Assembly: GCF_006345805.1 (NCBI RefSeq) | Contig: NC_042998.1 | Span: 167,090,001-167,154,000, forward strand | DNA length: 64,000 nt | Source: Octopus sinensis | Lineage: Eukaryota | Direction: 5' to 3' | Shown here: piece by piece, positions 1-14,340 of the stretch | Position numbering within the stretch: position 1 is the first letter of the stretch | Layout: every line of letters starts with the position of its first letter | The notes under the pieces: model-generated | Seen by the model: the letters and a program-made list of their open reading frames with translations, nothing else | Told to the model about the DNA's origin: nothing | The model's database searches: none | Program-made: the position numbers and the translations under genes

Positions 1-270
1 TTTCAATGAAGACATGTATCGCCTTGACCTTCGAAACGTGGAGTAGATGAAATTAAGGCGACTGAAGAAGGGGAATTTTCCTTGTTTTGTATGTCCTTTA
101 CTCTATTTTTTCGTTGTTTTAAAAAAATGTCCATTCCTTGGTTTTATGTTTATGTTTTCGTTCTTCATTGTGTTCGACGTTTTTTTGGTGTCCTGTACCC
201 ATATATGATGTATATACATGTAGAGGTAGGTACGTAATATATGTATGTATATATGCATATATTTTATTAT
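1..270 (+). mobile_element. 3' tail of a dispersed repeat (PLE-tail-like), same family as 12075-12815
   Basis: Closely similar to 12565-12815 (catgtatcgccttgaccttcgaaacgtggagtagatga ... gtgttcgacgtttttttggtgtcctgtacccatatatg). Contains GAAAC...GTA and CTGAAGA hammerhead-like words. Confidence 0.6.
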
Positions 271-271
271 T

Positions 272-859
<588 letters not shown>

Positions 860-877
860 ATACACACACACACACAA

Positions 878-911
<34 letters not shown>

Positions 912-917
912 TATATA

Positions 918-953
<36 letters not shown>

Positions 954-2627
954 TATAAGATATAGTATATATATGATGTGTGTGTGTGTGTGTGTGGTGT
1001 GTTGTTTGTGGTGTGTTATGTGGTGGTTTGTGTGGTGTGTGTGTGGTGTGTGTGTGGAAAATTTTGTGTGTGGGTATGTTTGTGGAGTTATTAGCTAACT
1101 ACTCCTACACCGTTTTATCGATTTTGATGAAACGTGACTCGTGAGTAGAACACATGTCTGGAAACCTCATGACATACACAGGTTGTTGAAAAGTCGATAA
1201 TAGGCCCCCTGGAAGGGATCCTTATATATAGCTAAGGGAAATAACCCATCCATTTTCCTAAATTATTTGGTATAAATCAATTTGAGTTTGCTTATTTCTT
1301 AGTATTTGAACTGTTTGAGTTATTTTCGCAATTTATCCAGTACAAGCCTTGAACAAGTAAATAATATTTTCCTAAGAAATTTGATCCATGTATTTAGGTT
1401 AGTGATTTATTCACGAATGCATTAACACTAGCGCCGTGAGGGTAATATTCCCTGGGAACTCACAAAAGCCTTTTTCAGAGTTATTTACTTTGAATTGTTA
1501 TTATCTCATATCTGATTAGCCTGTTATTACGTAATATGCTTCACGGCGACGGCGGTAATGTGATGGCGGTGGGGGCGGTTTATGTTGTTGTTGTTGTTGA
1601 TGTTCTTGTTGCTCCTCTTTTGTTTCGTTGAGCTATAGTATGCAGTTGACTGAGTAAGTATTCCATGCGTTGAAAATTGAGGTTTCACTCTACCGCCACA
1701 CTTCTTTGAACATATTAATAAACTCTATTGTATGCTTTGAGTCATCATTTTGAACATCCGAACGAATATCTGTTTATCACTATATTTCTGTGGAGGGGGT
1801 TGTGCTGGTACTGAGAAGCAGCAAAAACGCTGAAATACGTACCTGTTGCTCTCGCGGTAACTTCTGAGTTTCTTGGGCGAATACGTATATAAAAGGATTT
1901 TTTTCATGGAGGGAAACCGTAGCTTCTGTCTTTTCATCAATACATATACATCAAATATGTTATATTGGTAACGTTTTTACTCTATACTCTTATGAACGAT
2001 GAAAATGTGGCAAAGAGATGGGGCCAGCAAAGGACACAAATATTCTTCATCTTTCATCAGTTGTCAACCAAATACTATCACGGTGTAGACACATGCTCAC
2101 TTGTACATATACACACACGCATAAACATACAAACATTCAGATATACACATGCATCACATAGGCGTGTATGGGTGCGTATGCGTTTCCATGTATGTTAATA
2201 TTTATTGTTAACATGTTAGGTTTTAAAATATTGTAACTTCTTTATTCCAGGTACATTAGATTGTCACATACACACGAGGGAATGTGTAAGCTTTAACAAC
2301 TAAAACTACTAACGTACTATCAAACTACGAACAAGCGAAAGAGTTATCACTGGCATCAACGACCAGTGTTTAAATAAGTTTCTTTATTGGCCACACAGGG
2401 CTGCACACAGATGGGACAAGTTACAAGGTAGAGCTTTTCTTTTGGGGGATGAAAAAAACAAAAAACAAAAGAAAAAAAAGGAAACTGATCCACTAAATAA
2501 CAAAGGATTTTGAGCACTACCCGTATGGAAAACTGGAATGAGACATTGCTCATTTGCTTCCTTTCTTCGCACACATACTTTCAAAACCCGCACACTTTGA
2601 ACCCCACCCCAACACACACACACACAT

Positions 2628-2663
<36 letters not shown>

Positions 2664-3319
2664 TCACCCCAAATTGAATACTTATATAAACATGACGGAA
2701 TCAGCAAGCAACATACAATGGAAAGCCTGTAAGCTCTTCCAGTTCCCGTTAGAAATAAATGGTGTGAAGATACCCAGGAGAGTGTCTGAAAAATAGAACA
2801 ACAATCTTCTGGGATAAGAAAATATACAGAGACAAAATCAACGAAACATTGTTATGAAAGACCAAAGAAGCAGAAGTTGTACTTTTATTTGGAATGCATA
2901 GCATGGTAAAATATTTTGACCAAAGAGACCAAAAAGTTATCCAAATACAGGGATTGGTTTTCTTCTATAATTAATATGTTATCATCAGTGAAAATAAATT
3001 CTAATATACATATAGGAATATTTACATTTGCCTAGTAGAACTGACTTATAGGAAAGGGGACTGTCGCTATCATCTTCCTTAACTCGAATAAGGCAAAAGT
3101 ATTATAGTCTTCTTATAAGTGATTTCCGTCATAGATTATTTACGCTTTTAGCATTGGATTTTATTGTATGTAATTATCTTCAAATTATGAAAATTTAGGT
3201 TGATCAACTTAACAGTAGTTGATCAGCTCCAGTGATCACATTCTTACCAGTTTAACCATATTAGCTGTTCATTAAACATACCAAAGTGATTTTCTTAAAG
3301 CAGGACTGACTATTTCAAA

Positions 3320-3535
3320 GCAGCGAGCTGGCCGAATTGTTAGTACACCGGGCAAACAGTTTTGCGGCAATTTGACCATCTTTACGTTCTGAGTTCATTT
3401 TCCGCCGAGGTCGATTTCCCCCTTCATTCTCTCGGGGGTCGATAAAATAAGTACCAGTTGAACTTTGGGGTCGATGCAGTAGGCTTAACCCCTCCCCGAA
3501 ATTGCTAGCCATGTGCCAAAATTTGAAATCAATTT
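3320..3535 (+). mobile_element. SINE family A (ggcgagctggcagaa... head; ttctgagttc...cgccgaggtcgac...ggggtcgataaa core)
   Basis: Recurrent family in the window. Other copies lie near 11160-11320, 17000-17280, 29090-29290, 32170-32400, 33800-33975(-), 38855-39210(-), 40655-41345, 55060-55215(-) and 61555-61770(-). Confidence 0.8.
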
Positions 3536-4049
3536 AGACTTGGTTCAACGGTTAAAGAAAATATTATCAGCAACAATACATGACTTTAAAAGCTGTTCAG
3601 CTTTTGAGAGTTTCATTTTAACAAGACTCAAGTTGCTTTCCTGACTCTAAACCAGTGGTTACTGACCATCTTTTTGCCTATGGATCCCCCTTGACTCCTA
3701 TTTTACTCTGGTGGACCGCTGTACCCATTCGATGTCTATATATTAAAAAGATCCCATTGTATTTTTATAATTAAATATTATTAGGAATTGTTTAAAAGTA
3801 TAAAATATTTTGTGTATCATAGAAGCAAAGCAATTTATTGCACAGAAATTTTAATATCGACCTCGGTGATATTTGAATTTATAATACAAAGACATGACGC
3901 TCATCATTTTGTCCGGGGTGCTAACGATTCAGCCAGCCATCAGCCTTCCATTGGCTAATGATAATGAACTGCTTTAATATAAGCAGATGAGTTATCATTT
4001 AGGAAAAAAGCGAAATGGTCACAGTTGTAAATTCTTTGATAATAGGTTT

Positions 4050-4400
4050 GCTAACATAGGGTAAAAGTTAAAAAACCCCTTCAGTCATGAATGACCATAT
4101 GATTGCACCTAGAAACTTCCTCTTCGTGGCACAGGTCCGAGTGAGGTCGTTTAGAGAAGACCAGCGGTCACCCAAGCGTACCAGATTCTCCTCTCCACGC
4201 TACTGATGTTATCCAATGGATAGGCAAAGGCCGATAGAACTTGCACCTGTAACGTTGCAATTCATTTCTACAGCTGAATGAACTGGAGCAACAGGAAATT
4301 AAGTGTCTAGCTCAAGAACACAAGACATAGCTCCGTACGGGAAACGAACTCACTACCTCATGATTGTGAGTTCGGTGCTCTAAACACTGAGCCATGCTAA
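4050..4400 (-). mobile_element. tRNA-derived SINE
   Basis: Minus strand reads atggctcagtgtttagagcacc ... gtgagttcgtttccc (A/B boxes). The body is related to 60118-60400. Confidence 0.65.
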
Positions 4401-5790
4401 CATAGGACATTCATTTAAACTACAATTCACACAGTTTCGAATACAGTGTGCGTGAGACTGAAAACTCCAGGCAGTCGAAAAAACTGACATTTGAGAGACT
4501 GCGTGAATCCCAAGTTTTCTAAGTGATGCTGACCAGTCTACAGTGCTTTATGCATAAAACTAGTGCACACTGAATATATATATATATATATGCATATGGG
4601 AATATATATGTATGCACATATTTATACACACATATTTACTTTATTTCACAAAATAATGTCGTGGGGAACAGTTTTGTCATCATTAATGATGGCAAGAGTT
4701 GTAAAGGAAAGCCCAACTCGATGCACAACAAATAGATCATGGTAGTTAAATGGGAAAACATCAGTTTTCTCGCTGTATGCATAGTATACAGCATAAAAAT
4801 ATGTAAAAAGATAGTAATGACGCAATCCTCCTGATACAACAAATATGTAGATAATAGTAATGTTTTATAAGCTTAAAGTTTATAAAATATTATTATTTGC
4901 ATATATATATATACGACGGGTTTCTTTCAGTTTCAGTCTATCAAATACACTCACAGGGCTTTGGTCGGTCCGAGGCTCTTGTTGGAGACACTTGACCAAG
5001 ATGCCATGCTGTGGGAACGAACTCGGAACCATGTGCTTGGGAAGCAAGCTTCTTACCACTCACCCACTCCTGTCTATGTCTATTGATCTTTACGGCTTTT
5101 GAGATAGCGAAATTATATAATTCATGGGGTGGGGGCGGAGTGGGGTGAAGAAACGATAGCTTAGATCACCATCAACTTTTGGTTTGAAGTGGTTTATCGT
5201 CTTCAGATTGCTGAAACACAAGTTGACCTTGGAAGGATTCGCAATGAGATTGTAAAAGGAGGTGCCTCAAAAAACCTTCGGCAGATTTTGTCTCGGCGCT
5301 CTACCACTTAAATATTTAAGTAATTTGAGACACTAACCCTATATCAGTTCTCACTTTTAAATATCTTGTTCTCCAACAAACTACACCACTTACATGCTAA
5401 TTGTGAGGATACTTGCCCTCGCTTCCTTGTATATAAAATTACAACCACCGGTAGCCGTCAGCAGACGCAACGTCGGCATAACAAAGATATGAAAAAAATT
5501 TTAAGAAATTAGAGATAAATAGGTAAAAGTAGTGTTGTGAAGAATACATGAATATAGTATATAAGCGTAGATCTACACATACACAAACACAACACCTACA
5601 CACACTCACACACATACAGACACACAGGTGCAGATAATATCATTACAATTCGATAAATTTGTGCATGGGTGCTAGTACATCTATCTATCTGTCTATCTAT
5701 CTATCTGTCTGTCTGTATGTCTGTTGTCTGTCTGTCGGCTGCCTGTCTGTTTATCAAACCTCTTCTTCCTCTCCTATACACATATACATT

Positions 5791-5850
<60 letters not shown>

Positions 5851-5864
5851 CAGATAGATAGATA

Positions 5865-6037
5865 GTTGCAGTATTGGCTGTGTGGTAAGTAGCTTCCTTA
5901 CCAGCCACAAGGTTCTGGGTTCAATTCCACTTCGTGGCACCTTGCGCAAGTATCTTCTACTATAGCTTCGGGTCGACCAAAGCCTTGGGAGTAGATTTGG
6001 TAGACGGAACTGAAGAAGCCCGTCGTAAATATGTATA

Positions 6038-6092
<55 letters not shown>

Positions 6093-6240
6093 GATATATG
6101 TGTGTGTGTGGTGTGTGTGTGTGTGTGTGTCTGTGTGTGTCTGTGTTTGTCAACCCCAACATTGCTTGACAAACGGTGTTGGTGTGTTTACGTCCCCGTA
6201 ACTTAGCGGTTCGGCTAAAGATTGATAGATAAAAGTGACA
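5865..6240 (+). mobile_element. SINE family B (tRNA-like head, internal microsatellite)
   Basis: gctgtgtggtaagtagcttccttacc...gggttcaattcc head, then gagtagatttggtagacggaactgaagaagcccgtcg core, then (TA)/(GT) tract, then ...gtaacttagcggttcggc tail. Many partial copies: 4900-5075(-), 8330-8745, 9280-9710, 11680-11870(-), 19490-19945(-), 21730-21870(-), 58135-58585, 59770-59941, 62600-62985(-). Confidence 0.8.
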
Positions 6241-6297
6241 GAAAGATTTATCTATCAATCCCTCTCTCCTCCACCTATACACCACCACACACACACA

Positions 6298-6341
<44 letters not shown>

Positions 6342-6504
6342 GCATGCATACATACATACATACATACATACATACATACATACATACATACATAATATAC
6401 ATACATACATATATACATACATATATACATATATAATATACATTATATATATATATATATATAATATATATTGTATACAATATATATATTATATATATAT
6501 ATAT

Positions 6505-6560
<56 letters not shown>

Positions 6561-6597
6561 ATATATAATATATATATATATTATATATTATAATACA

Positions 6598-6628
<31 letters not shown>

Positions 6629-6651
6629 TATACATATATATACATATATAT

Positions 6652-7379
6652 CAGTGGCGACTTCTGGCACTCGGTCTGTTCGGGCTTAGCCCGAGTATAA
6701 ATTTAGTAAAGTGAACGAGTATTTGAAATCTGATTAAATTTCTGCCAACACTGCCTTAAAGTATGTAATTGCAGTCAATAACTCCGGCTCTTTTTATTGA
6801 GCCTGTTAGCAGTTTATTTATTTTCGTTCTCAGTCTGGCAGTCGTCTTAGAGGTGCCCTGAGTATTGTTTACACGCGCCTGACTCCGGCTCAGAATTTAC
6901 AGCCAGAGTTTTTATCTATAACCATAAAAATAATTCAAATTCAATACTCTCTTCAAACAATAAATTTCTATAGAGATTAGGATCTAAATTCCAATCTATG
7001 AAATGTTTCTGTTCTATAATATTCTTAGAGGAACGTAAAACTTATCCCGCAACTCAGGCTAATACGAACGAGCCTGGTAAGTGTAAAAGACTAACTGGTA
7101 TCTCTTGTCAAGATTACAGGCGACAGTCAGATCACTGATGCTCGTTGTGCACTCCGCTGTTATCCTATGCGTCTGTGTGTAAAGATCAGTTGTGTTTTGC
7201 AAGGTTGTTTTATTTTTATCCTTACCTTAGAAATGGAGAATGACATAGTGCTAGATTTAAAAATAAGCCATTTAGGATTAGAAATAAAGCGGGAAAACGC
7301 GAAATTCTTCGAGCAGGCATGTGTCATACGCGAATCTGTGATGAGCCCGAGTGACGCTGGTGACCTGGTGTTGCCTCTG
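6652..7379 (+). mobile_element. Non-autonomous hAT-like DNA transposon, copy 2
   Basis: CAGTGGCGAC ... GTTGCCTCTG termini with (TA)n on both sides. Subterminal CCCGAG words. Frameshifted [11 protein letters not shown]...REILR relic. Homologous to 378-859. Confidence 0.65.
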
Positions 7380-7419
7380 ATGTATATATATATATATATA
7401 TCTATATATATATATAATA

Positions 7420-7469
<50 letters not shown>

Positions 7470-7706
7470 CATATATACATACATACACACATATACATGC
7501 ATACATATACCTACATGCATATATATACATACATACATATATACATACATACATACATACGTACATACTACATAATGCATATATATATATGTATATATGT
7601 GTGTATATGTATGTAATATATAATATTATATATATATATATATATACTATATATACATATACATCCATACATATAACTACATGCATATACATACATAGAA
7701 CATATG

Positions 7707-7742
<36 letters not shown>

Positions 7743-7795
7743 ATATATATATGTCTATATATATGTGTGTGTGTGTGTTTGTATGCATATATATG

Positions 7796-7827
<32 letters not shown>

Positions 7828-7878
7828 TATATACATATACATCATACATATTACTACATGCATATACATACATAGAAC

Positions 7879-7931
<53 letters not shown>

Positions 7932-8040
7932 TATATATATGTGTGTGTGTGTGTGTGTATGCATATATATGTATAATATATATGTATATATATATATATA
8001 ATATATATTATATATATATATATATATAATATATATATTG
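7380..8040. repeat. Complex (TA)/(TACA)/(GT) microsatellite with an internal ~180-bp duplication
   Basis: The block ttactacatgcatatacatacatagaacatatg...atgtctatatatatgtgtg occurs near 7670 and again near 7850. Confidence 0.85.
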
Positions 8041-8742
8041 TAGTTCAAACATTATGGTTAAAAGTATGTGTACGCGTGCGTGTATCATGTATCTCTAAAA
8101 ACACACCCACACGTACCATGCACACACAGACACTTTTAATACAATACGCAACTGTTAGTGTTATCAGAATGATTTACATTACTCTACTGTAAATACATCT
8201 GGTTCAAAAATGGATCCAGCAGTTGGTGTTTGTTGACATTTTAAAGGGCCAAACAACTACATTTTCAGTATGATGCAAAATTACAAGTTCTCTCCCCTTC
8301 GCATATACACATACATACATTTTACATCTTTTAAAGCACTGCAGCCATGCTGGAGCACCCTCTTCAAGGGTCTCAGTCGAACGAATCTACCCCATTTCTT
8401 AAACCCTAGTGCTTATTCTAATGATGACCTTCTATTGAACCGCTAGTCCACAGGGATGTAAATAAACTAACACCGGTTATCAAGCGGTGTGAGCGACAAG
8501 CACACATACACACGCGCACACGTAATCATTGTTTGTACTCTGTACAGCAAGATCTGGAACAATTATGTCCACATTTATTTTTGATGTAGTTCTGTGCTAA
8601 GTAGCCTACTTCCTAACTACATGGTTCTGAGTTCAGTCCCACAGCGTGATACCTTGGACAATTATCTTCCACTTTAATCTCGGGACGACCAAAACCTTGT
8701 GAGTGGATTTGGAAGACGAAAACTGAAAGACGCCCGTCGTAT

Positions 8743-8774
<32 letters not shown>

Positions 8775-9088
8775 TAAAACCCTACCCATACCTTTTCCCT
8801 GCCCACCCCTTAATGCAGCTCTATCACGTCACCCCTAGTAACATATCACACACTTATTTACTCCTTACCTTCTCATTTCTTCCTATCCCTCTCCAACTCC
8901 TCTCCCATCCTTCCCTCACATTATCTTGACCACCAACTAACGCTCCTTTTCTCTCAATTCTTTCACCCTTTCATTTTTCACTCTTTTAATTCTCTTAGTT
9001 CCCTCTATATTCCCTATCTCCTCCTTTTCCATAATAATTTTTTTTATTTCGAACTCAAATATATTCCTCTATTTAACCATCTCACATC

Positions 9089-9136
9089 GTCTCTGATGAA
9101 GAGATATCCATAATATCCCAGAAACAGCTGTAAGAC
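9089..9136 (+). ncRNA. Minimal type I hammerhead ribozyme
   Basis: GTCT-CTGATGA-a-GAGATAT ccata ATATCCC-a-GAAAC-AGCT-GTA-AGAC. Stem I gtct/agac, stem II gatat/atatc, stem III with palindrome ACAGCTGT. Predicted cleavage after GUA at 9132. Confidence 0.8.
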
Positions 9137-9508
9137 TATATCTATATCTTTTTCCTCATAAACGTCCTGAAAACTTCTCACCGCCGTAGCTTTGTTATCT
9201 CATTTTGTCTAATATATATATATATATATATATATAAACATATATACATGTGTGTAGTTGTGTGTGTGTGTGTGTGTGAGTGTATATGCGTGTGTCTGTA
9301 TCTGTGTTTGTTCCCTTGCCATCGCTTGACAAAAGATGTTTGTGTGTTTATGTCCCTGTAACATAGCGGGTCGACAAAAGATAGAAGAAACTGATAGAAT
9401 AAGTACAAAGCTTACAAAAAGTAAGTCCTGGAGTCGATTTCTTCGACTAAAACCCTTTAAGGCGGTGCTCCATCATGGCTGCGGTCAAATGACTGAAACA
9501 AGTAAAAG

Positions 9509-9554
<46 letters not shown>

Positions 9555-10359
9555 GGCTTCCTTCAGTTTCTGCTTATCAAATCATAAGGATTTGATCATC
9601 CCGTGGTTATGGAAGAAAATACTTGCCCAAGATTCCCTGCAATGGGACTGGACTCAGAATCATGTTGTTAAGAAGGAAATTTCTTAACACACATCCATAC
9701 GTGCGCCACGACAGTCTCTTTTTGCATTTTATGACGATGTGTTTTAGAAAGATGAAATAGTTTAATTTATTGAATCACTCTAGATTTATTTATTATTTGG
9801 TAGAAGAACAAAGGTTTTCTGTGCAGTGGAGGTCAGGCTGACGTAATTAATAATTCAGGCTCGAAATAGCTGCAAATGAAAGAGGAAAAAGAAAAGGGAA
9901 CAGAAAATGTGTTCTGCTTGGATTTCATGCTATGTGTAATTCTGAATTTGTTCTTAATTTGGTTAACTGACATTGCTATGTAACCAATATCCTCTTGATT
10001 AAATGCTGGACGTGACGATGACCGAATAGATAATTTCTTCAGTCTACTTTATGGATTTATGTTTTAAAAGTGACAGTTGTATTAGGTAATCCTGTCATTG
10101 CTTAGGATCTTCTGATGCGTATCATTGATTATTTTATGAATTGATGCTAAGGTATTAGAACAAAACGGTCTCCAAAAAAGTCGCCTATCGACCACGAGGC
10201 AGTTTTAAACCTAGAAGTGTGGTATGGCTACCACCTCAAAAGAGAAGGTCTTCTACGTCATATTCAGCATACAATGTAAAATAATGCTTCTATAACTTAA
10301 AATTGGATTACACCGTTTACATGTATAGCTGTGTGTGTATGCGTGTGTATGTGCATGTG

Positions 10360-10399
<40 letters not shown>

Positions 10400-11919
10400 T
10401 GTGTGTATGCGTGTGTGTAAGTCCGTGGCTTAGTGGTTATGGTGTGTTACACTTATGATTGTGGTTTCGATTCCTAGAGCGGGCGATGCATCGTGTTCTT
10501 AAGCAAAACACTTCATCTCACGTTGCTCCAGTCCACTCGGCGACAGACGAATGGGCATGCCGTTTAGGTGAAGAATACATTCGCAACAAAATCCAGGAAA
10601 GCGACCATATGACCCCTATGGCTCGGGAACTAACCGACGCTCTAAATATAAGATATTTCTTCGATCTTGATTGACATGGGTTGAATATCAACCAGTAATG
10701 CACCAATAATATTTTTCATATTTATTCCAGTACTTATGTACTTCAGATATTTACTTCAGAGCTATTAAAATGTACCCCATTATTATAAGAACCCTTTGTC
10801 TTTATTAAACAATTTTATTAAATATAGGTGTCTATCCAAGAAAACTTCACATTAATTTTAATCAATTATTTTTTAAGCAAATCTTGTAAAAACTACGTCA
10901 GATCCTTGATACTCATTTTGATTAATTTTTTTTTTAACAATTCTTGTAAAAACCACTTCAGTTCTAAATGTTTTCAATTGTTTTCTTAACTCCGGAAGCA
11001 TTTGAGGTTAGATTCCAGAGGAAAGCTCCAATCACATGAGAATACAACAGGAACAAGACAGCACTCAAATAGGTTTAGATGATAAATGAAACGCAATTTA
11101 ACATGCAAATAAGCACTTAGACACATACACACACACAACAGTATATTTTATGAGTCTTATGGCGACGAGCTGGCAGAATCGTTACCACAGTGGGCAAAAT
11201 GCCTAGCGGCATTTCGTCCGTTTCTACGTTCTGAGTTCAAGTGCTGTCAAGGTCGACTTTGACGTTTCATCCTTTCGGAGTCGATACCAGTTGAAAGTAA
11301 TATTTGAAACCAATATTTCATGAGCTTATGAACCAAGAAGAGAGCTTTTAAAGGTTAGCCAGGTTGCTACAAATAGCAGTCGAACCTCACTCGCCAGAGA
11401 AAGGCCACATTGCTTCAAGTGCAATAAAACAAACTATGTTTGGATAGGTGGTATAGTCGTGACTGAAATGCTCTTCATTATAGATCTGTCCGAACTTTCT
11501 GGTTTAAAAATTCAAATTTTTACTCCGAACATGTAGCCGTTGGATTTGAAGCAGTTTTCACATAAATAGCTTTAAAAAATAATTAATTAGAATGAGTATC
11601 AAGCTTTCTTTTACTTAAAAATAGTTATTTACGAGTAATTTAGAGTAATAAGAATGTAACCTTAACAGTACTCTTTATTCCTTTTACTTACTTGTTTCAG
11701 TCTGCGGCCATGCTGGAGCACTGCCTTTAGTCGAGCAAATCGACTCCAGGACTTATTCTTTGTAAGCCTAGTACTTATTCTATCGGTCTCTTTTGCCGAA
11801 CCGCTAAGTTACGGAGACGCAAACACACCAGCATCGGTTGTCAAGCGATGTCGGGTGACAATCACAAACACACACACACACTCACACACACACACACACA
11901 CACACGCACACACACAACA

Positions 11920-11959
<40 letters not shown>

Positions 11960-12074
11960 CATGTATATATACATGTAGAGGTAGGTACGTACATATATGT
12001 ATGTATATATGCATATGTTTTATTTATTTATTTATTTATTTATTATCTGACGGAACGCACGCATCCATTTCTAA

Positions 12075-12815
12075 GTAAGATTGTTCTTAATATTAAAAAT
12101 GATGCGCACTCTTAACCTTTCTCTCCCCCTCCCTTTCTCAGCCTTCATTCTTTTGGCTTTCCTTTTCTTCTACCTTACTGTCTCTCCCTCTCTCTCTCTC
12201 ATTCTTCATTCTTTTCTCTACAACCATTCCCTTTTTTCTCTCCCTTTCTCTTACTCCTCCTCCTCCCTCCCGTAGTTGACCCGCGACGAGAACTCTGCTA
12301 CTGTCTTTCTTCTCCTGGCTACCTTCAAGTAGAGACGGCACATCTGTTGCTCCCTCGCCGTTCTCAAAAAATAGCGTTCGTAAAAAAATTTATCTCGTTC
12401 GGCTTAACAGCCCTTTGTTTTGTGTTACTGTTATTCCTTGTCCCTGTCTTTTACTGTTTATATTTTTACTGTGTTTACTGTCCTGTTTTTTTTTACCATT
12501 TTTACCCCTCCGCAAAAAATTCAAATTTTATTTAATTTTTGATGTTTCACGCGGGAAGGATGGTTTCATTAAAGTCATGTATCGCCTTGACCTTCGAAAC
12601 GTGGAGTAGATGAAGGGGAATTTTCCTTATTTTGTATGTCCTGTACTCTATTTTTTCGTTAAGAAAAATGTCCATTTCCTTGGTTTTGTGTTTATGTTTT
12701 CGTTTCCCATTGTGTTCGACGTTTTTTTGGTGTCCTGTACCCATATATGCATGTATATATACATGTAGAGATAGGTACGTACATATATGTATATATGCAT
12801 ATGTTTTATCTATTT
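12075..12815 (+). mobile_element. Dispersed repeat (PLE-tail-like) bracketed by ~65-bp direct repeats
   Basis: atgtatatatacatgtagag(g/a)taggtacgtacatatatg...gcatatgtttt at 11961-12030 and 12751-12815. The 3' part matches positions 1-270. Confidence 0.6.
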
Positions 12816-13149
12816 ATTAATTTATCTATATATACATATATACGACGGGCTTCTTTCAGTTTCCGCCTACCAGATCCACTCACGAGGCTTTAGTCCGTAG
12901 AAGGAATAAAAAGCAACTTTTAGGCACAATAGTGGTTTATTGACGTAGACCGTTGTCAGTTTTTGCCGTATCGAAGTTCGGTAAGCTGAAAAAATGGTTT
13001 TATAGCTCACGCTCAGCAGCATGGGTTGTTGTGTATGCAAGCAGAAATCCAAGGTTAGGGAATGGAGTAGATAAAATCCAGGCTACATATGATTCATAGC
13101 TGACAGAACCTGGGAAGTAGTAGTTATCCAAACGAGAGGTAATCCGCTA

Positions 13150-13690
13150 CGTAAATGTTGACATCATCTTCCAAATAGTCACCTTGCGCACCAATACACC
13201 GGTCCCAGCATTCCTGTCACTTTTGGAATCCGACCTTGAATTAGTTTTCCGTTAGCGAGTCGACAACCTTCTGTGATTCGTTTTATATCTCGACAACAGT
13301 GTTAAGATGGTGACTTTTTTGTTTCATTTTCATCTTGGGGAAAGAGATGGAAGTCCGCTGGTGCTAAATGTGGTTAGTAAGGTGGGTGCAGAAACGATAC
13401 CATATTTTTGGCGAGTAACTCACAAGCGAGGAGAGCTCGGTGACAAAGTACATTGTCGTTGTGAAGAATCCGATACTTCATGCACCCCAGATCCGGTCGC
13501 TTTCCTCCCTCAAACGTTTCAAAATGTCACAGTAGAACTGTCGATTGACGCTCTGGCCCCGGGGGACAAATTTCCGATGCGCTATACCACATTTCCGGGG
13601 ACAGGTCTTCCCGATATCACTCATCATCTTCCAGTACGTTCTTCCGCTTTTGAGGCGCCCGTAACACTTAAAACATTACGTAGACCCATA
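13150..13690 (-). pseudogene. Mariner (DD34D-type) transposase relic, internally deleted
   Basis: Minus-strand translation gives RLKSGRT...; FVPRGQSVNRQFYCDILKR; ILHNDNVLCHRA...HPPY*PHLAPADFHLFPKMK...WDRCIGAQGDYLEDD, with stops and frameshifts. Confidence 0.85.
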
Positions 13691-13926
13691 TACATACATA
13701 CATATATATATATATACAATTGCAGCGTGGAAGGTGAACAGGTCGCGGATTTTAGCGACGAAAATATTTTGACAAATTAAACTTAAATCTCGAAGTGAAT
13801 CGAACGGCTTTTGTGTGTTTCTTAAATGGCTTACAAACACCTTTTCGCTGCAATTGTTTTCGTTCCAGCACACGATCTCAGATCAAATTACTTGCTATGC
13901 GAGTACATCTCCGTATATATATATAG

Positions 13927-14013
<87 letters not shown>

Positions 14014-14059
14014 CATATATATATATATGTATCTATGTATCAAATGAAATAATGAAAAC

Positions 14060-14340
14060 AGGACGCAAAGGATTTTGCGGTACATATGTTTCAGGTTTAT
14101 AGAACAACTTATTCTTACATCAATGCATAATTGATATAATAGATAGAACAAAAACCTCTTCAAGCCCGCGTACAATTGCTACACCAAAGACTTGTATCAC
14201 ATTATAAAAGGTTTGAGAAAAAAACGAGTTTCATTGGGAAAGTATGTTTGTAAATCTTCATAGGTGTACATGGTATTGTTAGACTCCAAAACAAATCGTC
14301 CATATCGTTTTTTCATTCGATATATAATGAAACTGGGTAG
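14060..14340 (+). pseudogene. Highly decayed PLE GIY-YIG endonuclease C-terminal fragment
   Basis: Frameshifted pieces YIDRTKTSS.PR and REKNEFHWESMFVNLH resemble the YIGxTxR and RExFW motifs of PLE endonucleases. Confidence 0.4.

Noticed and set aside
10530-10674. Protein-like ORF tail CRLGEEYIRNKIQESDH... fused to a SINE head
   Set aside because: No recognisable motif. It may be a LINE-derived SINE tail, but I cannot support that from the sequence.
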